Assembly: GCF_009914755.1 (NCBI RefSeq)
Contig: NC_060933.1
Reading direction: 5' to 3' (one strand)
DNA length: 64,000 bases
From: the human T2T-CHM13v2.0 reference genome, Homo sapiens
Below are positions 29,101 through 45,600 of the stretch, piece by piece. Below the pieces are notes generated by a model. That model saw only the letters and a list, made by a program, of their open reading frames with translations, searched no databases and had not been told where the DNA came from. A program made the translations under genes and the position numbers. Numbering within the stretch: the first letter of the stretch is position 1; each line of letters opens with the position of its first letter.

Positions 29101-32100
29101 AATGGAATGGAATGGAATGGAATCAATCCGAGTGCAATGGAATGGAGTGGAATGGAATGGAATGGAATGGAACAACCCGAATGGAATGGAATGTAATGGA
29201 GTGTAAGGGAGTTGAATAGAATCAATCCGAATGTAATGGAATGGAATGCAACGGAATGGAATGGAATGGAATGCAATGGAATGGAATCAACCCGAGTACA
29301 ATGGAATGGAATAGAATGGAATGGAATGGAATCAACGCGAGTGCAGGGGAATGGAATGGAATGGAATGCAATGGAATGGAATCTTCCGGAATGGAATGGA
29401 ATGGAATGGTATGGAGTGGAATGGAATGGAATCAACCCGAGTGCAATGGAATGGAGTGGAATGGAATGGAATGGAATGGAACAACTCGAATGGAATGGAA
29501 TGTAATGGAGAGTAAGGGAGTTGAATAGAATCAATCCGAATGTAATGGAATGGAATGGAACGGAATGGTATGGAATGGAATGGAATGCAATGGAATGGAA
29601 TCAACCCGAGTGCAATCGAATGGAATCGAATGGAATGGAATGCAATGGAATGGATTCAACTTGAATGGAATGGAAAGAATGGAATCAACACGAGTGGAAT
29701 GGCATGGATTGGAATGGAATGGAATGGAATCAACCCGAGTACAGGGGAATGGAATGGAATGGAATGCAATGGAATGGAATCATCCGTAATGGAATGGAAA
29801 GGAATGGAATGGAATGGAATGGAATGGAATGGAATGGAATGGAATGGAATCAACTCGATTGCAATCGAATGGAATGGAATGGAATTAACCCGAATAAAAT
29901 GGAATGGAATGGAATGGAACGGAACGGAATGGAATGGAATGGAATGGAATGGAACGGAAAGGAAGGGAATGGAATGGAATAGAAGGGAATGGAATGGAAT
30001 CAACGCTAGTGCAGGGGAATGGAATGGAATGGAATGCAATGGAATGGAATCTTCCGGAATGGAATGGAATGGAATGGAATGGAATGGAATGGAATAAACC
30101 CGAGTGCAATGGAATGGAGTGGAATGGAATGGAATGGAATGGAACAACCCGAATGGAATGGAATGTAATGGAGAGTAAGGGAGTTGAATAGAATCAATCC
30201 GAATGCAATGGAATGGAATGGAACGGAATGGAATTGAATGGAATGGAATGGAATGCAATGGAATGGAATCAACCCGAGTGCAATGGAATGGAGAGGAATG
30301 GAATGGAATTGAGTGGAAACTACACGAATGGAATGGAATGTAATGGAGTGTAAGGGAATTGAATAGAATCAATCCGAATGTAATGGAATGGAATGGAGCG
30401 GAATGGAATGGAATGGAATGGAATGGAATCAACCCGAGTGCAATGGAATGGAGTGAAATGGAATGGAATGGAATGGAACAACCCGAATGGAATGGAATGT
30501 AATGGAGAGTAAGGGAGTTGAATAGAATCAATCCGAATGTAATGGAATGGAACGGAATGGAATGGAATGGAATGGAATGGAATGCAATATAATGGAATCA
30601 ACCCGAGTGCAATCGAATGGAATCGAATGGAATGGAATGCAATGGAATGGATTCAACTTGAATGGAAAGTAAAGAATGGAATCAACACGAGTGGAATGGC
30701 ATGGATTGGAATGGAATGGAATGGAATCAACCCGAGTATAGGGGAATGGAATGGAATGGAATGCAATGGAATGGAATCATCCGTAATGGAATGGAAAGGA
30801 ATGGAATGGAATGGAATGGAATGGAATGGAATGGAATGGAATGGAATCAACTCGATTGCAATCGAATGGAATGGAATGGAATTAACCCGAATAGAATGGA
30901 ATGGAATGGAATGCAACGGAACGGAATGGAATGGAATGGAACGGAAAGGAAGGGAATGGAATGGAATAGAATGGAATGGAATGGAATCAACGCGAGTGCA
31001 GGGGAATGGAATGGAATGGAATGGAATGCAATGGAATGGAATGTTCCGGAATGGAATGGAATGGAATGGAATGGAATGGAATGGAATGGAATCAACCCGA
31101 GTGCAATGGAATGGAGTGGAATGGAATGGAATGGAATGGAACAATCCGAATGGAATGGAATGTAATGGAGAGTAAGGGAGTTGAATAGAATCAATCCGAA
31201 TGTAATGGAATGGAATGGAACGGAATGGAATTGAATGGAATGGAATGGAATGCAATGGAATGGAATCAACCCGAGTGCAATGGAATGGAGAGGAATGGAA
31301 TGGAATGGAATGGAAACTACCCGAATGGAATGGAATGTAATGGAGTGTAAGGGAATTGAATAGAATCAATCGGAATGTAATGGACTGGAATGGAACTGAA
31401 TGTAATGGAATGTAATGGAATGGAATGGAATGCAATGGAATGGAATCAACCCAAGTGCAATCGAATGGAATCGAATGGAATGGAATGCAATGGAATGGAC
31501 TCAACTTGAATGGAATGGAAAGAATGGAATCAACACGAGTTGAATGGCATGGATTGGAATGGAATGGAATGGAATCAACCCGAGTACAGGGGAATGGAAT
31601 GGAATGGAATGCAATGGAATGGAATCATCCGTAATGGAATGGAAAGGAATGGAATGGAATGGAAAGGAATGGAATGGAATGGAATGGAATGGAATGGAAT
31701 GGAATCAACTCGATTGCAATCGAATGGAATGGAATGGAATTAACCCGAATAGAATGGAATGGAATAGAATGGAACGGAACAGAATGGAATGGAATGGAAT
31801 GGAATGGAATGGAATGGAACGGAACGGAATGGAATGGAATGGAATGGAATGGAATCAGCGCGAGAGCAGGGGAATTGAATGGAATGGAATGCAATGGAAT
31901 GGAATCTTCCGGAATGGAATGGAATGGAATGGAATTGAATGAAATGCAATGGATTCAACTCGATTGCAATGGAATGGAATAGAATGGAATGGAATGGAAT
32001 GGAATGGAATTAATCCGAATAGAATGGAATTGAATGGAATGGAACGGAATGGAACGGAATGGAATGGAATGGAATGGAATGGAATGGTATGGAATGGAAT

Positions 32101-32833
32101 GGAATGGTACGGAATAGAATGGAATGGAACGAATTGTAATGGAATGGAATTGAATTGAATGGAATGGAATGGAATGGAATCAACGCGAGAGCTGGGGAAT
32201 GTAATGGAACGGAATGCAATGGAATGGAATCATCCGGAATGGAATGGAATGGAATGGAATCAACCCGAGTGCAATGGAATGGAGTGGAATGGAATGGAAT
32301 GGAATGGAACAACCCGAATGGAATGGAATGTAATGGAGAGTAAGGGAGTTGAATAGAATCAATCCGAATGTAATGGAATGGAATGCAACGGAATGGAATG
32401 GAATGGAATGCAATGGAATGGAATCAACCCGAGTACAATGGAATGGAATGGAATGGAATGGAATGGAATGGAATGGAATGGAATGGAATGCCTTCAAACC
32501 GAATGGAATGGAAAGGAGTGGAATCAACACGAGTGGAATGGAATGGAATGGAATGGAATGGAATGGAATGGAATGATACGGAATAGAATGGAATGGAACG
32601 AAATGGAATGGAATGGAATGGAATGGAATGGAATCGTTCCGAGTGGAATAGGAGGGAATGTATTCGAGTGTAATGGAAAGGAATGGAATCAACAAGAGTG
32701 GAATGGAAGGGAATGGAATGGAAGGGAAACTAATAGAATGGAATCAACCCGAGTGGAATGGAATGGAAAGGACTGGAAGGGAATGGAATGGAATGCAATC
32801 AACTCGATTGTAATGGAATGGAATGGAATGGAA
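26151..32833 (+). repeat. 6.66 kb tandem duplication, copy 2
   Basis: Near-identical to 19495-26172. The junction lies in a 22-bp GGAAT run (26151-26172). The right boundary is where C26173 differs from T32834. Confidence 0.95.
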
Positions 32834-35800
32834 TTGAATGGAATGGAATTAACCCGAATACAATGGAATGGAATGGAATGGAACGCAATGGAGTGGAATG
32901 GAATGGATTCAACCCGAGTGCAGGGGATTGGAATGGAATGGAATGCAATGGAATGGAATCATCCGGAATGGAATGGAATGGAATGGAATGGAATGGAATG
33001 GAATCTACCCGACTGCAGGGGAATGGAATGGAATGGAATGCAATGGAATGGATTCAACTTGAATGGAATGGAAAGAATGGAATCAACACGAGTGGAATGG
33101 CATGGATTGGAATGGAACGGAATGGAATGGAATCAACCCGAGTACAGGGTAATGGAATGGAATGGAATGCAATGGAATGGAATCATCCGTAATGGAATGG
33201 AAAGGAATGGAATGGAATGGAATGGAATGGAATCGAATGGAATCAACTCGATTGCAATCGAATGGAATGGAATGGAATTAACCCGAATAGAATGGAATGG
33301 AATGGAGTGGAACGGAAAGGAACGGAATGGAATGGATTGGCATGGAATGGAATGGAATGGAATGGAACGGAAAGGAATGGAATTGAATGGAATGGAATCC
33401 ATCTGAGTGCAGGGGAATGGAATGGAATGGAATGCAATGGAATGGAATCTTCCGGAATGGAATGGAATGGAATGGAATGGAATGAAATGGAATGGAATGG
33501 AATAAACCCGAGTGCAGTGGAATGGAGTGGAATGGAATGGATTGGAATGGAAAAACCCGAATGGAATGGAATGTAATGGAGAGTAAGGGAGTTGAATAGA
33601 ATCAATCCGAATGTAATGGAATAGAATGGAACGGAATGGAATGGAATGGAATGGAATGGAATGCAATGGAATGGAATCAACCCGAGTGCAATGGAATGGA
33701 GAGGAATGGAATGGAGTGGAATGGAAACTACCCCAATGGAATGAAATGGAATGGAGTGTAAGGGAATTGAATATAATCAATCCGAATGTAATGGAATGGA
33801 ATGGTACGGAATGGAATGGAATGGAATGGAATGGAATGGAATTCAATGGAATGGAATCAACCCGAGTGCAATCGAATGGAATCGAATGGAATGGAATGCA
33901 ATGGAATGGATTCAACTTGAATGGAATGGAAAGAATGGAATCAACACGAGTGGAATGGCATGGATTGGAATGGAATGGAATGGAATCAACCCGAGTACAG
34001 GGGAATGGAATGGAATGGAATGCAATGGAATGGAATCATCCGTAATGGAATGGAAAGGAATGGAATGGAATGGAATGGAATGGAATGGAATAGAATGGAC
34101 TCAACTCGATTGCAATCGAATGGAATGGAATGGAATTAACCCGAATAGAATGGAATGGAATGGAATGGAATGGAACCGAACGGAATGGCATGGAATGGAA
34201 TGGAATGCAACGGAACGGAATGGAATGGAATGGAATGGAATGGAATGGAATGGAATGGAATCAACGCGAGTGCAGGGGAATGGAATGGAATGGAATGCAA
34301 TGGAATGGAATCTTCCGGAATGGAATGGAATGAAATGGAATGGAATGAAATGCAATGGATTCAACTCGATTGCAATGGAATGGAATAGAATGGAATGGAA
34401 TGGAATGGAATGGAATGGAATGGAATTAACCCAAATAGAATGGAATGGAATGGAATGGAACGGAATGGAACGGAATGGAATGGAATGGAATGGAATGGAA
34501 TGGTATGGAATGGAATGGAATGGTACGGAATAGAATTGAATGGAACGAATTGTAATGGAATGGAATTGAATGGAATGGAATGGAATGGAATGGAATCAAC
34601 GCGAGTGCAGGGGAATGTAATGGAACGGAATGCAATGGAATGGAATCATCCGGAATGGAATGGAATGGAATGGAATGGAATGGAATGGAATGGATTAAAC
34701 CCGAGTGCAATAGAATGGAGTGGAATGGAAACAACCAGAATGGATTGGAATATAATGGAGTGTAAGGTAATTGAATAGAATCAATCTGAATGTAATGAAA
34801 TGGAATGGAACGGAATGGAATGGAATGGAATGGAATGGAATGGAATGGAATGGAATGGAATGCAATGGAATGGAATCAACCCGAGTACAATGGAATGGAA
34901 TGGAATGGCATGGAATGGAATGAAATGGAATGGACTGCAATGGAATGGAATCTTCCGGAATGGAATGGAATGGAATGGAATGGAATGCAATGGATTCAAC
35001 TCGATTGCAATGGAATGGAATAGAATGGAATGGAATGGAATGGAATGGAATTAAACCGAATAGAATGGAATGGAATGGAATGGAACGCAACGGAACGGAA
35101 CGGAAAAGAGTGGAATGGAATGGAATGGAATTGTATGGAATGGAATGGAATGGTACGGAATAGAAGGGAATGGAAAGAATTGGAATGGAATGGAATCGAA
35201 TCGAATGGAATGGAATGGAATGGAATCAACCCGAGTGCAGGGGAATGTAATGGAACGGAATGCAATGGAATGGAATCATCCGGAATGGAATGGAATGGAA
35301 TGGAATGGAATGGAATGGAATGGAATGGAATGGAATCAACCCGAGTGCAATGGAATGGAGTGGAATGGAATGGAATGGAATGGAACAACCCGAATGGAAT
35401 GGAATGTAATGGAGAGTAAGGGAGTTGAATAGAATCAATCCGAATGTAATGGAATGGAACGGAATGGAATGGAATGGAATGGAATGGAATGGAATGCAAT
35501 GGAATGGAATCAACCCGAGTACAATGGAACGGAATGTAATGTAATGTAATGGAATGGAATGGAATGGAATGGAATGGAATCAACCCGAATGCAATGGAAT
35601 GGAGAGGAATGGAATGGAATGGAATGGAAACTACCCGAATGGAATGGAATGTAATGGAGTGTAAGGGAATTGAATAGAATCAATCCGAATGGAATGGAAT
35701 GGAACGAAATGTAATGGAATGGAATGGAATGGAATCAACCTGAGTGCAGGGGAATGGAATGCAATGGAATGCACTGGAATGGAATCATCCGGAATGGGAT

Positions 35801-38800
35801 GGAATGGAATGCAATGGAATGGAATGGAATGGAATCAACCCCAGTGCAATGGAATGGAGTGAAATGGAATGGAATGGAATGGAGACAACCAGAATGGATT
35901 GGAATATAATGGAGTGTAAGGGAATTGAATAGAATCAATCTGAATGTAATGAAATGGAATGGAACGGAATGGAATGGAATGGAATTGAATGGAATGGAAT
36001 GGAATGCAATGGAATGGAATCAACCCGAGAGCAATTGAATGGAATCGAATGGAATGGAATGCAATGGAATGGATTCAAATTGAATGGAATGGAAAGAATG
36101 GAATCAACACGAGTGGAATGGCATGGATTGGAATGGAATGGAATGGAATCAACCCGAGTACAGGGGAATGGAATGGAATGGAATGCAATGGAATGGAATC
36201 ATCCGTAATGGAATGGAAAGGAATGGAATGGAATGGAATGGAATGGAATGGAATGGAATGGAATGGAATCAACTCGATTGCAATCGAATTGAATGGAATG
36301 GAATTAACCCGAATAGAATGGAATGGAATGGAATGGAACGGAACGGAATGGAATGGAATGGAACGGAATGGAATGGAACGGAACGGAACGGAACGGAATG
36401 GAATGGAATGGAATGGAATGGAATGGAATGGAATCAACGCGAGTGCAGGGGAATGGAATGGAATGGAATGCAATGGAATGGAATCTTTCAGAATGGAATG
36501 GAATGGAATGGAATGGAATGAAATGCAATGGATTCAACTCGATTGCAATGGAATGGAATAGAATGGAATGGAATGGAATGGAATGGAATCTACGCGAGTG
36601 CAGGGGAATGGAATGGAATGGAATGTAATGGAATGGAATCTTCCGGAATGGAATGGAATGGAATGGAATGAAATGCAATGGATTCAACTCGATTGCAATG
36701 GAATGGAATAGAATGGAATGGAATGGAATGGAAAGGAATTAATTCGAATAGAATGGAATGGAATGGAATGGAATGGAATGGAATAGAATGGAATGGAATG
36801 GAATCAACCCGAGTGCAATGGAATGGAGTGGAATGGAATGGAATGGAATGGAACAACCCGAATGGAATGGAATGTAATGGAGAGTAAGGGAGTTGAATAG
36901 AATCAATCCGAATGTAATGGAATGGAACGGAATGGAATTGAATGGAATGGAATGGAATGCAATGGAATGGAATCAACCCGAGTGCAATGGAATGGAGAGG
37001 AATGGAATGGAATGGAATGGAAACTACCCGAATGGAATGGAATGTAATGGAGTGTAAGGGAATTGAATAGAATCAATCCGAATGTAATATAATGGAATGG
37101 AATGGAATGCAATGGAATGGAATGGAATGGAATGGAATGGAATCAACCCGAGTGCAATCGAATGGAATCGAATGGAATGGAATGCAATGGAATGGATTCA
37201 ACTTGAATGGAATGGAAAGAATGGAATCAACACGAGTGGAATGGCATGGATTGCAATGGAATGGAATGGAATCAACCCGAGTACAGGGGAATGGAATGGA
37301 ATGGAATACAATGGAATGGAATCATCCGTAATGGAATAGAAAGGAATGGAATGGAATGGAATGGAATGGAATCAACACAATTGCAATCGAATGGAATGGT
37401 ATGGAATTAACCGGAATAGAATGGAATGGAATGGAATGGAACGGAACGGAACGGAACGGAATGGAATGGAATGGAATGGAATGGAATGGAATGGAAAGGA
37501 ACGGAAAGGAATGGAATGGAATGGAATGGAATGGAATGGAATGGAATGGAATGGAATGGAATGGAATCAATGCGAGTGGAGAGAAATGGAATGGAATGGA
37601 ATGCAATGGAATGGAATCTTCCGGAATGGAATGGAATGGAATGGAATGGAATGAAATGCAATGGATTCAACTCGATAGCAATGGAATGGAATAGAATGGA
37701 ATGGAATGGAATGGAATGGAATTAACCCGAATAGAATGGAATGGAATGGAAAGGAACGGAATGCAATGGAATGGAATGGAATGGAATGGTATGGAATGGA
37801 ATGGAATGGTACGGAATAGAATGGAATGGAACGAATTGTAATGGAATGGAATTGAATGGAATGGAATGGAATGGAATGGAATCAACGCGAGTGCAGGGGA
37901 ATGTAATGGAACGGAATGCAATGGAATGGAATCATCCGGAATGGAATGGAATGGAATGGAATGGAATGGAATAAACCCGAGTGCAATGGAATGGAGTGGA
38001 ATGGAATGGAATGGAATGGAACAACCCGAATGGAATGGAATGTAATGGAGAGTAAGGGAGTTGAATAGAATCAATCAGAATGTAATGGAATGGAATGCAA
38101 CGGAATGGAATGGAATGGAATGGAATGGAATGGAATCAACCCGAGTGGAATGGCATGGAATGGAATGCAATGGAATGGAATAGAATGGAATCAACACGAG
38201 TGGAAAGGAATGGAATGGAATGGTAAGGAATGGAATGAAATCAACTCGAGTGGAATGGAATGGAATGGAATGGATTGGAATGGATTGCAATGGAATGAAA
38301 TGGAATGGAATGGAATGGAATCAATCATTCCGAGTGGAATGGAAGGGAATGTAATTGAGTGGAAAGAAGGGAATGGAATCAACCCGATTGGAATGCAAGG
38401 CAATGGAATGGAATGGAAAGGAATGGAATGGAATCAACTCGATTGCAATGGAATGGAATGGAATGGAATGGAATGGAATGGAATAGAATTAACCGGAATA
38501 GAATGGAATGCAATGGAATGGATTCAACTTGAATGGAAAGTAAAGAATGGAATCAACGCGAGTGGAATGGCATGGATTGGAATGGAATGGAATGGAATCA
38601 ACCCGAGTACAGGGGAATGGAATGGAATGGAATGCAATGGAATGGAATCATCCGTAATGGAATGGAATGGAATGGAATGGAATGGAATGGAATGGAATGG
38701 AATGGAATGGAATCAACTCGATTGCAAACGAATGGAATGGAATGGAATTAACCCGAATAGAATGGAATGGAATGGAACGGAACGGAACGCAATGGAATGG

Positions 38801-39679
38801 AATGGAATTTAATGGAACGGAAAGGAATGGAATGGAATGGAATGGAATGGAATGGAATCAACTCGAGTGCAGGGGAATGGAATGGAATCAAATGGAATGG
38901 AATGGAATGGAATGGAATCAACCCGAGTGCAGGGGAATGTAATGGAACGGAATGCAATGGAATGGAATCATCCGAAATGGAATGGAATGGAATGGAATGG
39001 AATGGAATGAACCCGAGTGCAATGGAATGGAGTGGAATAGAATGGAATGGAATGGAACAACCCGAATGGAATGTAATGTAATGGAGAGTAAGGGAGTTGA
39101 AAAGAATCAATCCGAATGGAATGGAATGGAATGGAACGGAATGGAATGGAATGGAATGGAATGGAATGGAATGCAATGGAATGGAATCAACCCGAGTACA
39201 ATGGAATGGAATGGAATGGAATGGAATGGAATGGAATGCAATGGAATGGAATGGAATTAAACCGAATAGAATGGAATGGAATGGAATGGAATGGAACGGA
39301 ACGGAATGGAATGGAATGGAATGGAATGGAATGGAATCAACCCGACTGCAGGGGAATGGAATGGAATGGAATGGAATGGAATGGAATGGAATGGAATCAT
39401 CCGGAACGGAATGGAATGGAATGGAATGGAATCAACTCGATTGCAATGGAATGGAATGGAATGGAATGGAATCGAATGGAATGGAATGGAATTAACCGGA
39501 ATAGAATGGAATGGAATGGAATGGAACGGAATGGAATGGAATGGAATGCAATGGAATGGAATCAACCCGAGTGCAGGGGAATGGAATGGAATGGAATGCA
39601 ATGGAATGGAATCATCCGTAATGGAATGGAAAGGAATGGAATGGAATGGAATGGAATGGAATGGAATGGAATGGAATGG

Positions 39680-42600
39680 AATCAACGCGAGTGCAGGGGA
39701 ATGGAATGGAATGGAATGTAATGCAATGGAATGGAATGTTCCGGAATGGAATGGAATGGAATGGAATGGAATGGAATGGAATGGAATCAACCCGAGTGCA
39801 ATGGAATGGAGTGGAATGGAATGGAATGGAATGGAACAACCCGAATGGAATGGAATGTAATGGAGAGTAAGGGAGTTGAATAGAATCAATCCGAATGTAA
39901 TGGAATGGAATGGAACGGAATGGAATTGAATGGAATGGAATGGAATGCAATGGAATGGAATCAACCCGAGTGCAATGGAATGGAGAGGAATGGAATGGAA
40001 TGGAATGGAAACTACCCGAATGGAATGGAATGTAATGGAGTGTAAGGGAATTGAATAGAATCAATCGGAATGTAATGGACTGGAATGGAACGGAATGTAA
40101 TGGAATGGAATGGAATGGAATGGAATGCAATGGAATGGAATCAACCCGAGTGCAGTCGAATGGAATCGAATGGAATGGAATGCAATGGAATGGATTCAAC
40201 TTGAATGGAATGGAAAGAATGGCATCAACACGAGTGGAATGGCATGGATTGGAATGGAATGGAATGGAATCAACCCGAGTACAGGGGAATGGAATGGAAT
40301 GGAATGCAATGGAATGGAATCATCCGTAATGGAATGGAAAGGAATGGAATGGAATGGAAAGGAATGGAATGGAATGGTATGGAATGGAATGGAATGGAAT
40401 GGTACGGAATAGAATGGAATGGAACGAATTGTAATAGAATGGAATTGAATGGAATGGAATGGAATCAACGCGAGTGCAGGGGAATGTAATGGAACGGAAT
40501 GCAATGGAATGGAATCATCCGGAATGGAATGGAATGGAATGGAATGGAATGGAATGGAATGGAATGGAATAAACCCGAGTGCAATGGAATGGAGTGGAAT
40601 GGAAACAACCAGAATGGATTGGAATATAATGGAGTGTAAGGTAATTGAATAGAATCAATCTGAATTTAATGAAATGGAATGGAACCGAATGGAATGGAAT
40701 GGAATGGAATGGAATGGAATGGAATGCAATGGAATGGAATCAACCCTAGTACAATGGAATGGAATGGAATGGAATGGAATGGCATGGAATGGAATGCAAT
40801 GGAATGGAATCTTCCGGAATGGAATGGAATGGAATGGAATGGAATGGAATGCAATGGATTCAACTCGATTGCAATGGAAAGGAATAGAATGGAATGGAAT
40901 GGAAAAGAATGGAATTAAACCGAATAGAATGGAATGGAATGGAATGGAACGGAACGGAACGGAACGGAACGGAGTGGAATGGAATGGAATGGAATTGTAT
41001 GGAATGGAATGGAATGGTACGGAATAGAATGGAATGGAAAGAATTGGAATGGAATGGAATCGAATCGAATGGAATGGAATGGAATGGAATCAACACGAGT
41101 GCAGGGGAATGTAATGGAACGGAATGCAATGGAATGGAATCATCCGGAATGGAATGGAATGGAATGGAATGGAATGGAATGGAATGGAATGGAATCAACC
41201 CGAGTGCAATGGAATGGAGTGACATGGAATGGAATGGAATGGAACAACCCGAATGGAATGGAATGTAATGGAGAGTAAGGCAGTTGAATAGAATCAATCC
41301 GAATGTAATGGAATGGAACGGAATGGAATGGAATGGAATGGAATGGAATGGAATGCAATGTAATGGAATCAACCCGAGTGCAATCGAATGGAATCGAATG
41401 GAATGGAATGCAATGGAATGGATTCAACTTGAATGGAAAGTAAAGAATGGAATCAACACGAGTGGAATGGCATGGATTGGAATGGAATGGAATGGAATCA
41501 ACCCGAGTACAGGGGAATGGAATGGAATGGAATGCAATGGAATGGAATCATCCGTAATGGAATGGAAAGGAATGGAATGGAATGGAATGGAATGGAATGG
41601 AATGGAATGGAATCAACTCGATTGCAATCGAATGGAATGGAATGGAATTAACCCGAATAGAATGGAATGGAATGGAATGGAACGGAACGGAATGGAATGG
41701 AATGGAATGGAATGGAACGGAAAGGAAGGGAATGGAATGGAATAGAATAGAATGGAATGGAATCAACGCGAGTGCAGGGGAATGGAATGGAATGGAATGG
41801 AATGCAATGGAATGGAATGTTCCGGAATGGAATGGAATGGAATGGAATGGAATGGAATGGAATGGAATCAACCCGAGTGCAATGGAATGGAGTGGAATGG
41901 AATGGAATGGAATGGAACAACCCGAATGGAATGGAATGTAATGGAGAGTAAGGGAGTTGAATAGAATCAATCCGAATGTAATGGAATGGAATGGAACGGA
42001 ATGGAATTGAATGGAATGGAATGGAATGCAATGGAATGGAATCAACCCGAGTGCAATGGAATGGAGAGGAATGGAATGGAATGGAATGGAAACTACCCGA
42101 ATGGAATGGAATGTAATGGAGTGTAAGGGAATTGAATAGAATCAATCGGAATGTAATGGACTGGAATGGAACTGAATGTAATGGAATGGAATGGAATGGA
42201 ATGGAATGCAATGGAATGGAATCAACCCAAGTGCAATCGAATGGAATCGAATGGAATGGAATGCAATGGAATGGACTCAACTTGAATGGAATGGAAAGAA
42301 TGGAATCAACACGAGTGGAATGGCATGGATTGGAATGGAATGGAATGGAATCAACCCGAGTACAGGGGAATGGAATGGAATGGAATGCAATGGAATGGAA
42401 TCATCCGTAATGGAATGGAAAGGAATGGAATGGAATGGAAAGGAATGGAATGGAATGGTATGGAATGGAATGGAATGGAATGGTACGGAATAGAATGGAA
42501 TGGAACGAATTGTAATAGAATGGAATTGAATGGAATGGAATGGAATCAACGCGAGTGCAGGGGAATGTAATGGAACGGAATGCAATGGAATGGAATCATC

Positions 42601-45600
42601 CGGAATGGAATGGAATGGAATGGAATGGAATGGAATGGAATGGAATGGAATAAACCCGAGTGCAATGGAATGGAGTGGAATGGAAACAACCAGAATGGAT
42701 TGGAATATAATGGAGTGTAAGGTAATTGAATAGAATCAATCTGAATGTAATGAAATGGAATGGAACCGAATGGAATGGAATGGAATGGAATGGAATGGAA
42801 TGCAATGGAATGGAATCAACCCTAGTACAATGGAATGGAATGGAATGGAATGGAATGGCATGGAATGGAATGCAATGGAATGGAATCTCCCGGAATGGAA
42901 TGGAATGGAATGGAATGCAATGGATTCAACTCGATTGCAATGGAATGGGATAGAATGGAATGGAATGGAAAGGAATGGAATTAAACCGAATAGAATGGAA
43001 TGGAATGGAATGGAACGGAACGGAACGGAACGGAACGGAGTGGAATGGAATGGAATGGAATTGTATGGAATGGAATGGAATGGTACGGAATAGAATGGAA
43101 TGGAAAGAATTGGAATGGAATGGAATCGAATGGAATGGAATGGAATGGAATGGAATCAACACGAGTGCAGGGGAATGTAATGGAACGGAATGCAATGGAA
43201 TGGAATCATCCGGAATGGAATGGAATGGAATGGAATGGAATGGAATGGAATGGAATCAACCCGAGTGCAATGGAATGGAGTGAAATGGAATGGAATGGAA
43301 TGGAACAACCCGAATGGAATGGAATGTAATGGAGAGTAAGGGAGTTGAATAGAATCAATCCGAATGTAATGGAATGGAACGGAATGGAATGGAATGGAAT
43401 GGAATGGAATGCAATGTAATGGAATCAACCCGAGTGCAATCGAATGGAATCGAATGGAATGGAATGCAATGGAATGGATTCAACTTGAATGGAAAGTAAA
43501 GAATGGAATCAACACGAGTGGAATGGCATGGATTGGAATGGAATGGAATGGAATCAACCCGAGTAAAGGGGAATGGAATGGAATGGAATGCAATGGAATG
43601 GAATCATCCGTAATGGAATGGAAAGGAATGGAATGGAATGGAATGGAATGGAATGGAATGGAATGGAATGGAATCAACTCGATTGCAATCGAATGGAATG
43701 GAATGGAATTAACCCGAATAGAATGGAATGGAATGGAATGCAACGGAACGGAATGGAATGGAATGGAATGGAATGGAAGGGAAAGGAAGGGAATGGAATG
43801 GAATAGAATGGAATGGAATGGAATCAACGCGAGTGCAGGGGAATGGAATGGAATGGAATGGAATGCAATGGAATGGCATGTTCCGGAATGGAATGGAATG
43901 GAATGGAATGGAATGGAATGGAATGGAATCAACCCGAGTGCAATGGAATGGAGTGGAATGGAATGGAATGGAATGGAACAACCCGAATGGAATGGAATGT
44001 AATGGAGAGTAAGGGAGTTGAATAGAATCAATCCGAATGTAATGGAATGGAATGGAACGGAATGGAATTGAATGGAATGGAATGGAATGCAATGGAATGG
44101 AATCAACCCGAGTGCAATGGAATGGAGAGGAATGGAATGGAATGGAATGGAAACTACCCGAATGGAATGGAATGTAATGGAGTGTAAGGGAATTGAATAG
44201 AATCAATCGGAATGTAATGGACTGGAATGGAACTGAATGTAATGGAATGGAATGGAATGGAATGGAATGCAATGGAATGGAATCAACCCAAGTGCAATCG
44301 AATGGAATCGAATGGAATGGAATGCAATGGAATGGACTCAACTTGAATGGAATGGAAAGAATGGAATCAACACGAGTGGAATGGCATTGATGGGAATGGA
44401 ATGGAATGGAATCAACCCGAGTACAGGGGAATGGAATGGAATGGAATGCAATGGAATGGAATCATCCGTAATGGAATGGAAAGGAATGGAATGGAATGGA
44501 AAGGAATGGAATGGAATGGAATGGAATGGAATGGAATGGAATCAACTCGATTGCAATCGAATGGAATGGAATGGAATTAACCCGAATAGAATGGAATGGA
44601 ATGGAATGGAACGGAACAGAATGGAATGGAATGGAATGGAATGGAATGGAATGGAATGGAACGGAATGGAATGGAATGGAATGGAATGGAATCAACGCGA
44701 GAGCAGGGGAATTGAATGGAATGGAATGCAATGGAATGGAATCTTCCGGAATGGAATGGAATGGAATGGAATGGAATGGAATGAAATGCAATGGATTCAA
44801 CTCGATTGCAATGGAATGGAATAGAATGGAATGGAATGGAATGGAAGGGAATTAAACCGAATAGAATGGAATGGAATGGAATGGAACGGAACGGAACGGA
44901 ACGGAACGGGGTGGAATGGAATGGAATGGAATTGTATGGAATGGAATGGAATGGTACGGAATAGAATGGAATGGAAAGAATTGGAATGGAATGGAATCGA
45001 ATCGAATGGAATGGAATGGAATGGAATCAACACGAGTGCAGGGGAATGTAATGGAACGGAATGCAATGGAATGGAATCATCCGGAATGGAATGGAATGGA
45101 ATGGAATGGAATGGAATGGAATGGAATGGAATCAACCCGAGTGCAATGGAATGGAGTGAAATGGAATGGAATGGAATGGAACAACCCGAATGGAATGGAA
45201 TGTAATGGAGAGTAAGGGAGTTGAATAGAATCAATCCGAATGTAATGGAATGGAACGGAATGGAATGGAATGGAATGGAATGGAATGCAATGTAATGGAA
45301 TAAACCCGAGTGCAATCGAATGGAATCGAATGGAATGGAATGCAATGGAATGGATTCAACTTGAATGGAAAGTAAAGAATGGAATCAACACGAGTGGAAT
45401 GGCATGGATTGGAATGGAATGGAATGGAATCAACCCGAGTACAGGGGAATGGAATGGAATGGAATGCAATGGAATGGAATCATCCGTAATGGAATGGAAA
45501 GGAATGGAATGGAATGGAATGGAATGGAATGGAATGGAATGGAATGGAATGGAATCAACTCGATTGCAATCGAATGGAATGGAATGGAATTAACCCGAAT

